A stretch of 64,000 bases of DNA from Trichosphaerium sp. ATCC 40318 (GCA_038496445.1 JALMLS010000538.1:193651-257650), one strand, 5' to 3'. Shown: positions 39,606 to 52,900, numbered from the stretch's first letter. Notes: generated by a model not told the origin, from the sequence alone. Made by a program: numbers and translations.

Positions 39606-41245
39606 TTAACATTTTTTGGCTTGAGTATACTGTGTTATCCACCAATGTTTTCTAAGTTCAGCAAGAGATATACGCTTCTTTGGGTCAACGACGAGCAACT
39701 AAAACACGAGAAACAGTCAGTTAACCAGGTCACTGTAACATGCTTTTTTCTTTTGGTAATAAAACGTTTTACGTACCCTTTTAATCAAGTCTCTTGCGCC
39801 AGCAGGGAAGCCAGTAGGGAACTTATACCTATTATTTACGATAGCTTTTCTTGTTTCTTTTTCAGAATCAAGTTCAAAAGGAGGTGTTCCTACTAAGAAC
39901 TCGTATGCTAGTACGCCTAGATGCATGGTAAGATACCACCAAATAAATATCAATGTTGACGTACCCAAAGACCAAATATCACAAGTTTTGTTATGTCCAG
40001 CTTGCTGTAAAGGAATTTAGAGGATATTTTTTGAAAACAACAACATCAAAAAAAATTCTTGTATTTAGTAATGTACCTGAAGCATCTCTGGTGGAAGATA
40101 ATCTAGTGTACCGCAAAGGGTTTCGCGCCTTTTAGCATGGGAATGTACAGAGTATCCAAAATCAGCAATTTTTACTGTTCCATCTGCTGTAAGCAACAAG
40201 TTCTCTGGCTATAAAAAAACGATTTTTAGTTTCACGCTTAATTCCTTGAATAGTAAATCATTACCTTCAAATCACGGTGCGCAATACGTCTAGAGTGTAG
40301 GTACATAAGAGCTTCTGCTACTTGATCAATATACTAGAACGATGTTGAGTAAGACAAAGGAAACAACAAACATGAAACGTGTTATCCACGTGGTTTAGTT
40401 TTTTTTTTTTCAATTTTTTCTTTTTTTGGACCAACGTTTTAACAGGTCACCAATAACAATGAAGAAACAATAAAACCATTTTTCAATAAGACTACGCTAT
40501 GCGTTATAAATTGTTACCTTTGCAGATGTTTCAGCGTCAAATCTACGCTGCTTTCTAAGGTGTCCGTATACTTCTCCTTCTGATGCGTATTCTAGTATAA
40601 GGACAATCCTCTTGTCATCGTGAAACCATCCGTATAGTCTGATAAGGTTTTTATGGCGAATCTAATGATTAGAAGGTTAATCTCGATAAAACCTTTCGAT
40701 AATTTTTTATGATCAAAAATAACGGATAGTAGTGTATTAGGCTCTTACTGAGCGTAATATCACCTGCGGGGCTATTTTCGAAAGGATTTAAATCGTACGT
40801 TGGACATTATTTCAATTTCACGTCTTACGCTCTTTTCAGCCATATCGCGCATAATATCTGATTTAAAGAGTACTTTGAGTGCAACGATGAATTTGGACTT
40901 CTTTTCTCTAGCAAGGTAAACGTGGCCTAAATAGTATCAGGTTGCATGCACTAGAGTGTAGATGTTCGTACCATACTTTCCACGGCCTAATGGTTTGCCT
41001 ATATCGAAATCAGCAATACTCCACTGTCTTGGCTTTTGCTTCTCGACAGGTTGTCTCCTGTTCATTGAGTGTCCGCGCCGTACGTTTGGATGCTATACAG
41101 AATCAGAAACGGTTTGATGGATTGGCGGGAATCTTTTTAAACCGCTAACAAAGCGAATGCACAAACCAGCGCGGTTATAGACGCAACATGCAGTGTTTTT
41201 TTGTATTTAAAACTCTAGAATTACACGTACAGAGTTTTCTGTCAT
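39606..41245 (-). CDS. AURK: Aurora kinase, multi-exon
   Basis: [67 protein letters not shown] and [16 protein letters not shown]. Confidence 0.95.
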
Positions 41246-41538
41246 TATAATTGCAATAATACGTTTAGGATAGTTGTTAGCGTTATGGCGGTTACGAAGC
41301 TGAAAAAAAATGTACCATGGCTTAATAGCGTAAGCGAGTAGTTTTTTCCTTTTTCAGACGGTCTCCTCTACTAACGCCATCGATAATACACACATAGGTG
41401 CGCCAACATATGGTAACAAACATAGCGCAGTTGAAGAGTACAAAAGTGATTTTAAGCTATAAACTGACCATAAAGTTGAGCTCAAAATAAAACCGTTACT
41501 TTCCTATTTAACATGTTTATTAATTACGTTACAAATTA

Positions 41539-41601
41539 AATGACAGTGTCAACACTACTGCGCCTAATCAGGTTTAAGCAGTCGTGAATCATTTGGTCAT
41601 T
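41539..41601 (-). promoter_or_regulatory. SECIS element (type II) of the minus-strand GPx
   Basis: AATGAC..ATGAT-TCACGACTGC-TT-AAA-CCT GATT AGG-C-GCAGTAGTGT-TGAC..GTCATT. It has an AUGA/UGA core, a helix II, apical AAA, a mini-stem and a lower stem. Confidence 0.85.
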
Positions 41602-41636
41602 CAACAAAGTACGCTCCTAATTTTCACATTTTTCCC

Positions 41637-42756
41637 TTACTCAGCTTTGTCCAAGTCTTCTTTCATCTCCTTCAAGAGTTGTACTATCTTTGGTTGCATA
41701 GTGTTAGGGCTGGTTGCGGTACCATAGCGCTTGTAAGGGACGCCATTGTGATCGCATAGGAACTAGAGGAAAGTCATTAGCGCGACGAACAAAAACTAAA
41801 TGTCAATGACTAAATGCAAAGGTTTTGTTTGGAAGTCGCGAGACAGACGCCGGTCGGAGGGGCTCAATAATTTATATGGTATAGTGTACCTTTGTAAAGT
41901 TCCATTTAATTGATGAGGTAAGCATGCCTGACTTTTTAGAGCACAAGAATGCAAACAAGGGATCTTGATTTTTACCCTTGACATCGAGTTTATCAAACAT
42001 TGGGAATTTAACACCAAATCCTGCAACAAACTTTTTAATCTGCTCGTTACTGCCTGGTTCTTGACCACCGAACTATTAAAAAAAAAGAGGTGTTAATGAG
42101 AATGACGTTTTCGACAAGAAAAGAAGAAATGGCGGCTTACTTGATTGCAAGGGAATGCAAGCACTTCAAATCCTTCTTTGTGGTACTTTTCGCGCAACAC
42201 TACAAGCTCCTTGTAGTTTACTATTTGTTGTTAGTTAACTCATAAATTCTAATTCTCCGGTGACATAATGCGCCATAAGCAAGTATTGTAGTTGTAGGAG
42301 ATGCGTACCGCTTGTTACGCCTCACTTGGATGCGACGTTGACGACAACTGTCACTTTATTCTAAAAAACAGTTATAAAATAGAAAATAAGGTGGTAAATA
42401 GTGTAGCGGCGTCGAAGAGTTAATGAGAAGGAAAATATTTCGCCGACTTGTTTTTTGGATCAATTGTCGTTTCTGTGCCTTGAAGTCGCTCAAATCGACC
42501 ATTTCGCCATCAATGTTCTTAACTTTAAAGTCAAATATGCTTTTTGGTAGTTTCTAAGCAAACCGTTAATAAAACCAACTACTGCTTCGGTACCTGTTCT
42601 GCCGACGTAGAATAACGAAAAGCTGCCAGGGCAACGGCGGCAGTAGCGCCACCAACTATATGCGACACGCGTGTCTTCCTAACAGCCTCTAGTGCTTGAA
42701 TTAGCTTTAAATAAAACACATTCAAACGTACGGGCGGCGAACCGATGCAATAGCAT
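41637..42756 (-). CDS. GPX: Selenocysteine glutathione peroxidase (GPx4/PHGPx-like) with a predicted mitochondrial presequence
   Basis: VNVASK-TGA(42322-42324)-GVT, LAFPCNQFGGQEPG and KWNFTKF. N-terminus MLLHRFAAPLEAVRKTR. SECIS downstream. Confidence 0.93.
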
Positions 42757-43250
42757 GGTTTGCTGTAATTTAATAATTTCACAGTTTGTGGCTCCAACTT
42801 AACCAAAATTACCATTTGGCCAACTTTCATTCTCATTTCTTTCTTTGTCATATCCTACTCTTTGTGATAAGGTTAACAGTCAAATCATTGTTATTTGCAT
42901 CATGTACCAAGTGCACACTAACTTATAAAGAACCTAAAATGCAGTGAGCTCAGATGTCAATCCAAATTCTCACCTGCCTCTTCAAAGTACAATCAGTGCC
43001 ATTCCTTCTTCAACATACCATCGACATAACGCTCTTTCACTTCAGCAGTACCGCCCTTATCCTGTCTTGCAGTGGTACACAGCAAAGTTCGACTTCGGAA
43101 GATGGTTTTCCGATAAATGGTAAAACGTGTTGCAATATTTTCCTAGTTTCTGTAACGTCTCAATAAAATTTCAGTGAAGAGGTCAAACTACTTTTGTACA
43201 AGTCGTACAAATTACTCAAAAGTTGTACGTATGCACCACCTGTACCTGTA

Positions 43251-46142
43251 ATGTCCCAAAAACCTAAAACAAGGAAGAGAAAGCGCAAAGCAATCAAAAC
43301 ATGCTCTGCTTGTAGACAAAGACATGAAAAGTGTGATGGAGGTCGTAAATATGCGCCATAATATGCCCTATGCGACTGTAGTAGTTAAAGCCTACATTAG
43401 GAAGTCCGTGCGTTCCATGTTGGCGGATGAAGACGGAATGTGTATATCTAGCGCCTAAAAAGAGAGGGCCACGCCCTGGTATGCTTTATATATAATATGA
43501 TTTTATGGTAACGATGTTTGGCTAAATAGATTATTCAGGCTACAGAAAAAAGTACAAGGAGAAAATAGAAGAGCTGGAGGATATAATTAAAGAAAAAAAT
43601 GAATTATTAGCGCGTTTAACTGGGAATGATGTCATGGAAATACAAATGTTGTCTCCGTCTAATATAGGCGTTCAGCTGGTACGCTAGCATATTTATATTA
43701 AAAAAAATTCCGTTCCGCTCGGGCCATCGGCTAAACTAGTTTATGCAAAAAATCGTTAAATTCACCACGTGCTTGTTTTTTTTTTTTTTTCTGTTCAAGT
43801 TTGTTTATTCGTTTAGGTTAATGCTGGTACTGTCTTTGGTTATGTAAATGACTTGTATAACTACACATGCCAAATAACTGATATGGTTCTACCCATTGAA
43901 GTTGGTAGGGTATCATTATCTGTTGGTAAGATGGCCAGAAATCGAGAACGAAAAAACAATTTTATGTTTTTGTAGTAAAAAAATGGAAAGCCTTTTTCTA
44001 AATTTTTTTTTTGTTTAGCTTCTCCGAAGTCATTTCACGCTTATGCTACTGCGACATTTAGTGCATACCTGTCTGGTAATTTAAAGCAAAGAGAACAGCT
44101 CGAAAAGGTTGCTATTCGGTTTGGTCAAGAGATTGAAGGCGTCGTACATCCAAACGAAGCTGGTTTGTTATTTTCCTTTTTTTTTTTAGTCTTCTCACTT
44201 TTTTTTTCTCGTTTCACCTCGCTCTTACAATAAGCATTTAGGTGGACACCTTATACTTGGTATAATGTATTTCGTACAAGGCGACATGTTAAAAGCAGTA
44301 GCGCACACATCTAAAGCGAGCAAAACAGCAACAGCATTCAGAGAGAAGAACAAAGGCAAACATACCTTTTTTAATAATTTTTTTTCTTGTATTGACACGA
44401 AATTCTTGTGATTTATTTTAATTCAATTCTAATTATCTTTAAAATCAAACAGATCCTAGTATAAATGAGAAATACCTACTCGATCTCATCAAGTGGCACG
44501 ATTCGTTGAATAAAAACGCTTCAAATGAGATAAGAGATGAGATTACTGATGCGGTTTCTACAGCATTACTTGCTAAGTGTCATGGTAAATATTATAATAT
44601 ATATCCACGTTAAGGGAGGCATAACTAACGAATATTCTCTTTTTCAGGAGAAACATCTGAGCTATGCAGGATAGAAAAGAAACAACTGGTTTTCTTCCTT
44701 ACTTCCAAAGTCCTACTTCGTGTACGCCTTTTTTGTGCTTATCTAGTGCTATCACTATACTGACTACAAACAAGGTATCTACAGCACTTGCGAATGAAGA
44801 GACACTGACACCATCTGAACACACAACGCAAATGGTAGGGTCAACTGTCATTGTAATCCAAAAAAAGCTATTTTGCAATAATAACCACGTTTTTGTACTC
44901 TTTTCGAAAAAACACTCATCACGTGTAGTTGTATATGATGCAAGCAGATGCTCTAATATCGCCAGATCATGGCGTATATGCACCCGTCATGTCTTTAGTA
45001 ACAAAAGCTAAATTTCAGATGCTATGTGGGAACCGCAATAAGGCGCATGAAGTGCGTCTAGTACTGTTTAGTCGGATTTGGTTTTCTTTCGTATTTTTTT
45101 AATCGCTTTCTCACGTGACTTTTATAGTTTGCGTCTTCGGGATTGAATTTATTAAAGAAAATGAATCTACAATCTATGATTGGGTATATTTTAATGAACA
45201 GCTTATTACCCGTGCGTACAAGCGAAAAAATTTTTCAAAAAAAAACTGATCGTCCGTCTGACTTTCAATTTAGGTTTTTGCAATTATTGGTGCTCCTGAT
45301 GAGTTTATTGAGTGCTTTCAGTATATTACAGAGTCTTCTAAAAAGTGAGCACTAGTTGAATATGACAACATTACCGTACCTTCAAATCAAACGGTGGTTT
45401 AGCACTGACAGTATTGAAACAAAAATTATTAACTTTTTTTCGTTTAGGTGGCGGATAGCCAAGGTTGTAGTCAATGTACGGCTTTGTATTTCTTCTATGT
45501 CTTTGTCTAATATGCTGTAATTAGTTGTGGATGACTATGATAGATTGTGCTACAGGAGAAGCAACAGAATCAGATAAAAACACGCTAGAAACAGTTCAAA
45601 AAGCATGGCCAACTTATGCCCAATGGGAAGCTCAAAAAATTGTTGAGATGCTTCGTAAGGTTATTGATAATGGCTATAGTATTCAACTACCATATACAGT
45701 AAAGCATCAGTCGGATGTACAAGATGAAATGACTCAAGGACACAGTGAAACAAGCTCACCAAGTCTAAATAGAAATAACAATGATGGAACTTTTTTCATC
45801 CAACAACAAAACTCGGAGGAAGATTCCTTTGCTGATCATGATCGACGTGATTCCTTTGATGAACATGATCAACGTGATTCTGATGATACGAACCCTCCTT
45901 TAAACCAAAGTGTACTTAACATGCCTGTATCTTCTCGTACAGAACATAGTCGTGTACACGACGCAGAGGAGCTTTTATCTCTTCAAGATGATGATCTTTT
46001 GCCAAGTTTTTTTACTTCTGCTGGAGATTCTGGTATAAGAACTATGAATGTCCAGTCATTACAGGTACCTTCTTTTAACTTAGAAGAACCAAGATCAGAT
46101 TGGGCTGCTATGGCAGAGAGTCAGTTGAACTTTAATTTTTAA
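43251..46142 (+). CDS. Zn(II)2Cys6 zinc-cluster transcription factor, multi-exon
   Basis: RKRKRKAIKTCSACRQRHEKCDGG|SPCVPCWRMKTECVY..KKRGP, then a coiled coil (KIEELEDII) and an acidic C-terminal tail. Confidence 0.85.
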
Positions 46143-46691
46143 AGTCAATAAAAAAATAAGAAAAGAAGAAAAGAAAGAAGGAAAAAAAAAAGTACTTTTG
46201 GTGTAAAATAAATGTAGGTTGTATTTCAAACGTGATCACCGTTTTATCATATTGTTTGAATGTCTGGGTATATCTGTTCCTCGTGGTACTGTTATTCGCG
46301 TGTGCTAAGTACTTCTTACACTCAATTAAGGTAATCAATGCTATGTCATGTAGCACTCTTGGCATACATACTAAGCTGTCTTAACTATTAGTATATGCAC
46401 CACTTAACCGTACTAGGTGCAGTTAAAAGGTTTTAGGTATAAGGCGTTACATGAGAGAGGTAAGGAGAAACGGGTGATGTATTGATGTGGACGAACTTGC
46501 AGTTTGTGAAGTACATTCTTTGAACACACTTTAACACAAAAGATTGGTTTTACAGAACATTATTTGTAACTTCACTAATATGTACATATTAGTTTTTTCA
46601 AACCAAGTCAATATTTCTTCATTTACTTTGCGTTCTGTTGAATTTTCCAATATTGGTATCAAACTCACAACCCGTCTTTGAAACGCTTGTA

Positions 46692-47929
46692 ATGGCATAT
46701 ATAAACATCGTATACGTCATTCTATTTTGTACAATAACTAGCGCGGTTTGTTCTCTTCCTGACTGTACGGTCACGTGTTCTTACCGTCTAACAACTTATT
46801 GTAGATGCCCACACATGTACAGGCTCTTCCAATTGTACATCAAAGTGTCAAAGCGCTGGAAAGTGTCTAGGAAGCGCCAATAGTGCCAGAAGAAAGTGTT
46901 ATTGGTGCGGTTATCGGTTTCGCAGCAAAGATCCTTGTAAGAACCGTGGTATATGCGTTGGATGCTCAGATGAGTTTGTATGCATCTGTAAACCGGGGTT
47001 CACAGGCACATTCTGCGAGATAGGCCCAGTAAGCCGTTTTATGGACGTTTTCGTGTTTTTCTACTCATTGACACGTGATAGAAAGCGTATACGCTGAACA
47101 CTCAAGCTGAAGTACCAACGGCTACTTATAAGGATATAGTATATTGTTCCTCTTATGGATGTAAAAAACCTGAATACGAAGGTGATGTAGGACTTGTTAA
47201 AGCAACGTTACCACCTAAAGTTGTTCCAACAACTGAACCTACTGCATCGTTGGGATGTGGTGCGTCGTTTCGATCACCTGATGATCCAACTGAGAGGGAT
47301 ATGTGGCGGTTTGCAAATGATGCTAGATGTGACTATGGTCTTGAACCATTACCAATAGAGGATAGGTACACACTTTTTATTGATCATGTTTTTCTTTCTT
47401 GACACGTGTTTTAGACTAATGACTATTGCTCAAAATCATGCGAGGGATATGGGTATACGTGATTTCTTTGATCATGTGAATCCAGATGGGGATGACTCGG
47501 CAGTCCGCGCAGGACAAGTACACTATACTTTTTTAGCGTTAGGTGAAAACATTGCAGCAGGGTAAGATTTTGTTGTCCTTCTATGATGCTATAGGCGTAT
47601 TCACATATTATTACAGACTCCCGGATGCAAGAGCTACAGTCAACTCGTGGACTATGAGTGAAGGACATCGAGATAATTTGCTTGCAGGTACAAGTTGGTT
47701 TTTTTAGTATACTTGGAACTAGTACTGATTTTTTCTTTCAGACTTTACGGAGACTGGTGTTGGATACTTTCACATTATCAATAGTGCTCACCGATTCTAT
47801 TATGTCCAAGTATTTGGTACACCATTAAATTTAAAGAGAAATGTACCACACAATGATGTAATTACATACACAACGGGGACAACGTCAAGTTTCTATGTAT
47901 CAAAAAAAATAAAGCATTCCAATTTGTAA
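46692..47929 (+). CDS. Secreted EGF-like + CAP (SCP, bacterial YkwD-type) domain protein
   Basis: Signal peptide. EGF PCKNRGICVGCSDEFVCICKPGFTGTFCE. CAP motifs ANDARCDYGLEPL, AQNHARDMGIRDFFDH, GENIAAG, WTMSEGHRDNLL, ETGVG and YYVQVFG. Confidence 0.85.
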
Positions 47930-48473
47930 CATAATAATAACATATTTGTAAATTCGCCTGGGATTGTATTTTAATACTTGAGAGGCATGTATTGATGTCA
48001 AACACTATTTTGTACATTTGTTCCCGTTTTGAAACTCAAGCTCGTATTTTGGGTTGTTACTAATGTCGTGATGTTTTGTTAAGACTCAGGACGTGTTGTA
48101 ACATGGAGTTCATACAAAGTCAACATTAATTCTTAAATGTTGATGTAGTTACACGACACTAGCGTTAGTGTAGAGTAGTTGGAGACAGTTTTTCTTTGTT
48201 TGCAAGGTCAGTGGTAACATAGAATCAACAAACTTTGAAATGCATTGCCAGACTGGCCAACGGCTGTGCAAAGCAAGTTATAAACAAGGTTATTTTGTAG
48301 TATTTAGTACACACGTGTAGTAAAGATTCAACTTTTCCTTTTTTGCTGTCACAATGTACTTTTTTAGCAAGGATATAACAGTTCGTTTAGCGTTTATGAT
48401 CAACATTAAGTACCAAATAAATTTTCGCGAGCTTGTCCAGAAAAGCTACGAGTAAAAATTTTAGTAAAAGGTT

Positions 48474-48637
48474 AAAATCTGGTAGTATAAAGGAAGTACT
48501 ATGGGATCTCCCCACATAATCTTCGACCTGGAGGCACGGGATTATATATCCCATGTAGGGCGAGTGAGAACTCGGTTTGTTGTTGGTGTGGGGAGAAAAC
48601 ACTTCCACTTATACTTCCAATTATACTACCAGATTTT
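48474..48637. repeat. Nested inverted-repeat (foldback) element or long hairpin
   Basis: Perfect 17-bp IR at 48474-48490 / 48621-48637. Inner IRs GGAAGTA/TACTTCC and TCTCCCCACA/TGTGGGGAGA. Internal hairpins GGGAT..ATCCC and CGAGT-GAGA-ACTCG. Confidence 0.75.
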
Positions 48638-48804
48638 CCTAAAACTTCTAGACCTTACTTTAAGATATTTGGAAGTGTTATTCTATTAGAGTTACCCTCC
48701 TAAAACATGTGTAATAAAGGGTTATACGGTGGATAAGTAGTACTTGTTTAAGTCGGTATTAAATGAATAAAGGCAATCGAAATAAAAATCCAAGTTCTTG
48801 CATC

Positions 48805-50464
48805 ATGTCAAAGCTTCTTTTCGCGATATTACTTGTGTTGGCGCTTCTAGCCACCCTATGTGCCTGTCAGACAAGACCAGTAGCCCAAATCTATCCAAGT
48901 ATTAACGTTATGGATGTAAGCGTAAGGGAAACAGATACAATGTTCGCAAACGGTACTTTATGTATAATTATTTGGATAATTATGTCGACTTTCATTTAAA
49001 ACTGGCACATTTTTATTTGGGCTAAGAACTTTTGTAATGAATACCCTACGCCCACAGATAACTACAAAGCAAATGTTTGCTAAAAAGAAAAGTTTGTGCT
49101 ATAGCATAAAATTACGAGTTTTTGTGGGCCATTTGGTGGCAAGTCCATAAAAATAGTCAATTACGCACCAAGTGTTAGCGCAACAAGGGTTTAAGTTATC
49201 GTAGGCCTCTAGAAAACTCAAAATTTTATGCTCTTGTAACGTGCCTGTTTCAAATGATAGTCAACATAATGTTTTTACCAAAACACAAAGCACAATCTCA
49301 ACTCACGTGATGGAGACTAATTTTGTTGTATTATAGATGCCCTTTTTGGTGTAACATTTGCCTACAGTGGCCCTTCATCCCCTATTTTACGTACGTACAA
49401 AGTTTTACAGGCCGTCCTTTGTCTATCCAACATAGTCTTCAGAAAATAATTAAATCAACCAAGTCCAGTTCAAGGTCACCGTGATATTTTGTAATGAGGT
49501 TCTTTATGTAGTTCCTGCTGTCGACGGATCTTTTATTCTATTGCTAGATACAGACGCAGGAGTACTTATAGTGAAAATGCAGGATGATACTTTTGTTTGT
49601 TCGACCACCACAATGGCGATTTGAGTAATACTGAAGTAGGTGGTTTCATCGATGAAACGACGTTTATCACTTATGATGGAAATTCATTTTTCATCAACAC
49701 CATTGATACTTCCACTACCACGTGTGTGGTTACTACTTCACCATCATGTGGAACAACAGGTGGTGATGTGGGAGATGGTAAATGCATTTGTAGTAACTTT
49801 TTATCTTTATTTGCAAAAACCCACCTTTCTCTATTAACAACGTTTCGTTTTTAGTTGAGGTTGCTCCTGGTACATCATATGTTGTATATGACGATAGTAG
49901 CATGATGGGCAGAATCGCTTCATTCCCTACATCGAGTCTTGTTGCGGCTCCTTGTGATATAGACCTTACTGGAGTCACGAACATTGGTAATGAGATTACT
50001 CCTGAAGCTTTCATAATTGATCGTATTGATGATGATTTCTTGTATGTTGAAAACGGCGGGTTTTTTTCTGTGGCTTTGATGGGAGGTATGTTCATAAAAA
50101 AAAAAGTTGTGTTTTTGATTTAACCGCATGTTAGGCGCTCGAGCCATGTTCACTCAGTCTCCCCTTGGTGGTCAAGCTGCCTTTTATTCTGGATTCAATC
50201 TAGCTGTGCCTACAACTCCACCTCCATCAACGCCACCACCTTCAACTCCACCACCTTCAACGCCACCTCCGTCAACGCCTCCACCATCAACTCCACCACC
50301 ATCAACGCCACCACCATCAACTCCACCACCTTCACCTGCACCTCCAGTTTCTACATGTGTCAGCAAGCCGTACGACAATCATTTTAAAGTCCACCTTTTT
50401 TTCATTTGACCATTTTTAAAGGAAGATATCGATACGAGACAGAATCAAAATGCTTCGCCGTTAA
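48805..50464 (+). CDS. Secreted protein of unknown function with STPPP (extensin-like) repeats, copy A
   Basis: Signal peptide MSKLLFAILLVLALLATLCAC; exons collinear with the paralog at 54168. Confidence 0.75.
48979..49270. mobile_element. MITE-like non-autonomous element in intron 1 of copy A
   Basis: 32-bp imperfect TIRs (27/32 match) at 48979-49010 and 49239-49270. Inner IR at 49103-49122 / 49213-49232 (18/20). Absent from the homologous intron of copy B. Confidence 0.75.
50209..50346 (+). repeat. Coding 15-bp tandem repeat (STPPP)n, about 8 units
   Basis: TCAAC(G/T)CC(A/T)CC(A/T)CCN units; absent from copy B. Confidence 0.9.
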
Positions 50465-50794
50465 TTATTATAATCGTTGTATGATATTCATATCCTATAC
50501 AAGCTCTTACTTAGGACTACCTTAAGTTCTTTTCGTGTTCTTCTTATTTATCACTGAATTTAACTTTCATAATTGAAACCGGCCTGTTTAGTTGTTCCAA
50601 CAGATATATTTAAAATTGTCTTCGTTTATTCGGTAAAACAAGAAATGCACAACAATTACACTTTGAGAGTTAACAGATTTGACAGATCTCATTGTTTGCA
50701 ACTTCTTACAATCAGGCATGTCTTAACGAAAAAAGGAGTTTGTCTCTACAAAACCACGATAGAGACACCTCGTTGCAGCAAAGAATCACTACAA

Positions 50795-51502
50795 ATGTCC
50801 ATTATCAAGAACGCCTTCAGAAGCATCTTTTCAGCCATTTTCAGATGTACAACATCGGCAGATGAAGAACCGACGCTCGAAATGCAGCCACAGTTCCCTG
50901 GAGAGACTGATTACGAGATAATACAACGGTTGGTGACGAAAGAACTTGGAGAAAGCGTGATCGTTCCACTACCGGCAGAGGAACTGAAAAAGCCCGGTAC
51001 AAAGAAGAACAAGAAGAGGAAACCAAAACTTCGAAGTTCAATTCAAGCGCCAAAACGAAACCATCGACGAAAGCAGCATGACAAGGAGAAGAAGCAGCAT
51101 GCCAAAAAGAAGTCAAAGAATAGGCGCTACTTTCCTGTTCACGACAACACACCAAGGAATACAGATGATGCGCTGGCAAGGTTTTACGAGCGACAGAGGA
51201 TAAGAGAGGAAGCCAAGGTACAACAAGGTACGCCAAAAACAGTTTCTAGGGCAGAGTCACCTCAAGATGATCGGCACACTTCCTCCCAAATTCGACAAGA
51301 AAACCACCAGACCTCACAACAGCGCAGACGCAGGCGCAAGGGAAATAAGGTACGAGCAAGTAGTGGCGCTAACGTTTTACTTGAGGAAGAAGATTGCAGC
51401 GAAATTCAAGTTGAATCAATTTTCAGCAAGGAATTGCTCGCTCAATGGAAGCATGAATTCGAAGTTGAGGCTCTTTATGGCATGACTATGAAGAAGCCTT
51501 AA
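50795..51502 (+). CDS. Intronless Lys/Arg-rich hypothetical protein, 235 aa
   Basis: Long ORF from ATG 50795 with basic clusters KKNKKRKPKLR and QRRRRRK, followed by an A/T tract. Confidence 0.65.
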   Translation: MSIIKNAFRSIFSAIFRCTTSADEEPTLEMQPQFPGETDYEIIQRLVTKELGESVIVPLPAEELKKPGTKKNKKRKPKLRSSIQAPKRNHRRKQHDKEKKQHAKKKSKNRRYFPVHDNTPRNTDDALARFYERQRIREEAKVQQGTPKTVSRAESPQDDRHTSSQIRQENHQTSQQRRRRRKGNKVRASSGANVLLEEEDCSEIQVESIFSKELLAQWKHEFEVEALYGMTMKKP

Positions 51503-52630
51503 CCTCAGAAGCTTCAAAAAAGAAAATAAAATACCTTTTTTTTTTACCTTCTCTTTGGGTTTTTGTTCAGCTCTTTTGCTTTCTCTACGTTTGTTGAGTT
51601 TTTTCCACAGTATTGTTTACACGAGAACAGCAAATTGCTGACGTGCAACATTATCTGAAACGAAGTTTAAGCCTTGTTAGTTTTCCTTTACCTGCACACT
51701 GTTTCGTATTGATCATGTTCAGTACTTAGTATTCTACGCTTCATAGCGTGTGAACAAACCATTGAGAGTTCCCAGCAAGATCGCTTTTGTTGATGCAAAA
51801 CCAACGAAAAAGATCTTCAAAGCATCATCAATCCATTTTAGTACGCATTGCGAATCATAACAACGTATTTTGGAGTCAAAAAATGTTGGTGAAAAGCCAG
51901 TTTTTAAACGAGCGTTTAAAATGGCGCCAAAGCAAGAGGATCTCTTGTATTCAGTAGATAAACGCTTTGTACAAGAGCAAAGCTAACAGATATTGTCGAC
52001 GGTACGATCACGTTTTTTTGAACCAAAAAGGCAGTATCCGGTTTAAAGCGTCACCAACGCTATATTTCGTTTACGTTATAAAAATAAGGCATGTTTTGAG
52101 TGATAAGCACCTTAGGGAAGCGATTCCAGAAAGATGAAGCTGTTTTTGGATCAAACTACTCGGAAACGTCTTCCTCTACGCTAGTAACATACCTCACGTT
52201 ACTACATGGTTGATCATACAAATTCTTCGTTCTTAGGATTCCTAGCGAATTAATATCCATTGAAAATACAGATTAGTTTCATAATACGCCCAGAATACAT
52301 TGCACGCAAATGAATAAACCATTGTAAGTTGCATTTGAGGCTTTGTCGAATTTCACTTTTTTTCACTTTTCTTTCTCAACAAGCCACTCTATCGATTTAC
52401 TTCATAACTCCACATCTTAAATCTCAACTTCGAAATACGTATATATGCTATTAGTTCGACTTGATATGCTTCGATTACCCTGTACAACGCATTGGAGCGG
52501 TTTTCTCAAAAACCGTGGTAAACCACAATTTTTTTGCAACAAGAAATTACTTGGTTAAAAGGAAAATCGATTTTTTATCTAGTGGAAGCATACGAATACT
52601 ACAACTATAATATCTATACTTCTGCTTGAC

Positions 52631-52900
52631 ATGTCAAGACTACTCCGAGCAGTGCGAAAGTACGCTCGTAAAAAATACAATTCTCTCCTGGGCAGACCAT
52701 TAGTGATTAAAGTCACGGTCACAGTCCCTAAAAGCATCCTGGTTAATACCAGACCAGACTACACATACGCTCTGACTTGGGACCCACAGGTAGAAGACCT
52801 CTACTACCCACCTACAGGCGTATCAAATATCATAATGATATCCAGCTATGACATAGATCTAGCAAAAATGGCATTCGAAGGCGGAAGCCCAAGAATGTAA
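52631..52900 (+). CDS. Small intronless hypothetical protein (89 aa) with a basic N-terminus
   Basis: ATG-initiated ORF, richer in GC than its flanks, preceded by TATAAT and followed by an A-tract. Confidence 0.5.
   Translation: MSRLLRAVRKYARKKYNSLLGRPLVIKVTVTVPKSILVNTRPDYTYALTWDPQVEDLYYPPTGVSNIIMISSYDIDLAKMAFEGGSPRM

Noticed and set aside
41796-42068. ORF MVKNQAVTSR... and its twin at 56177-56482
   Set aside because: Out-of-frame readings of GPx exons and introns.
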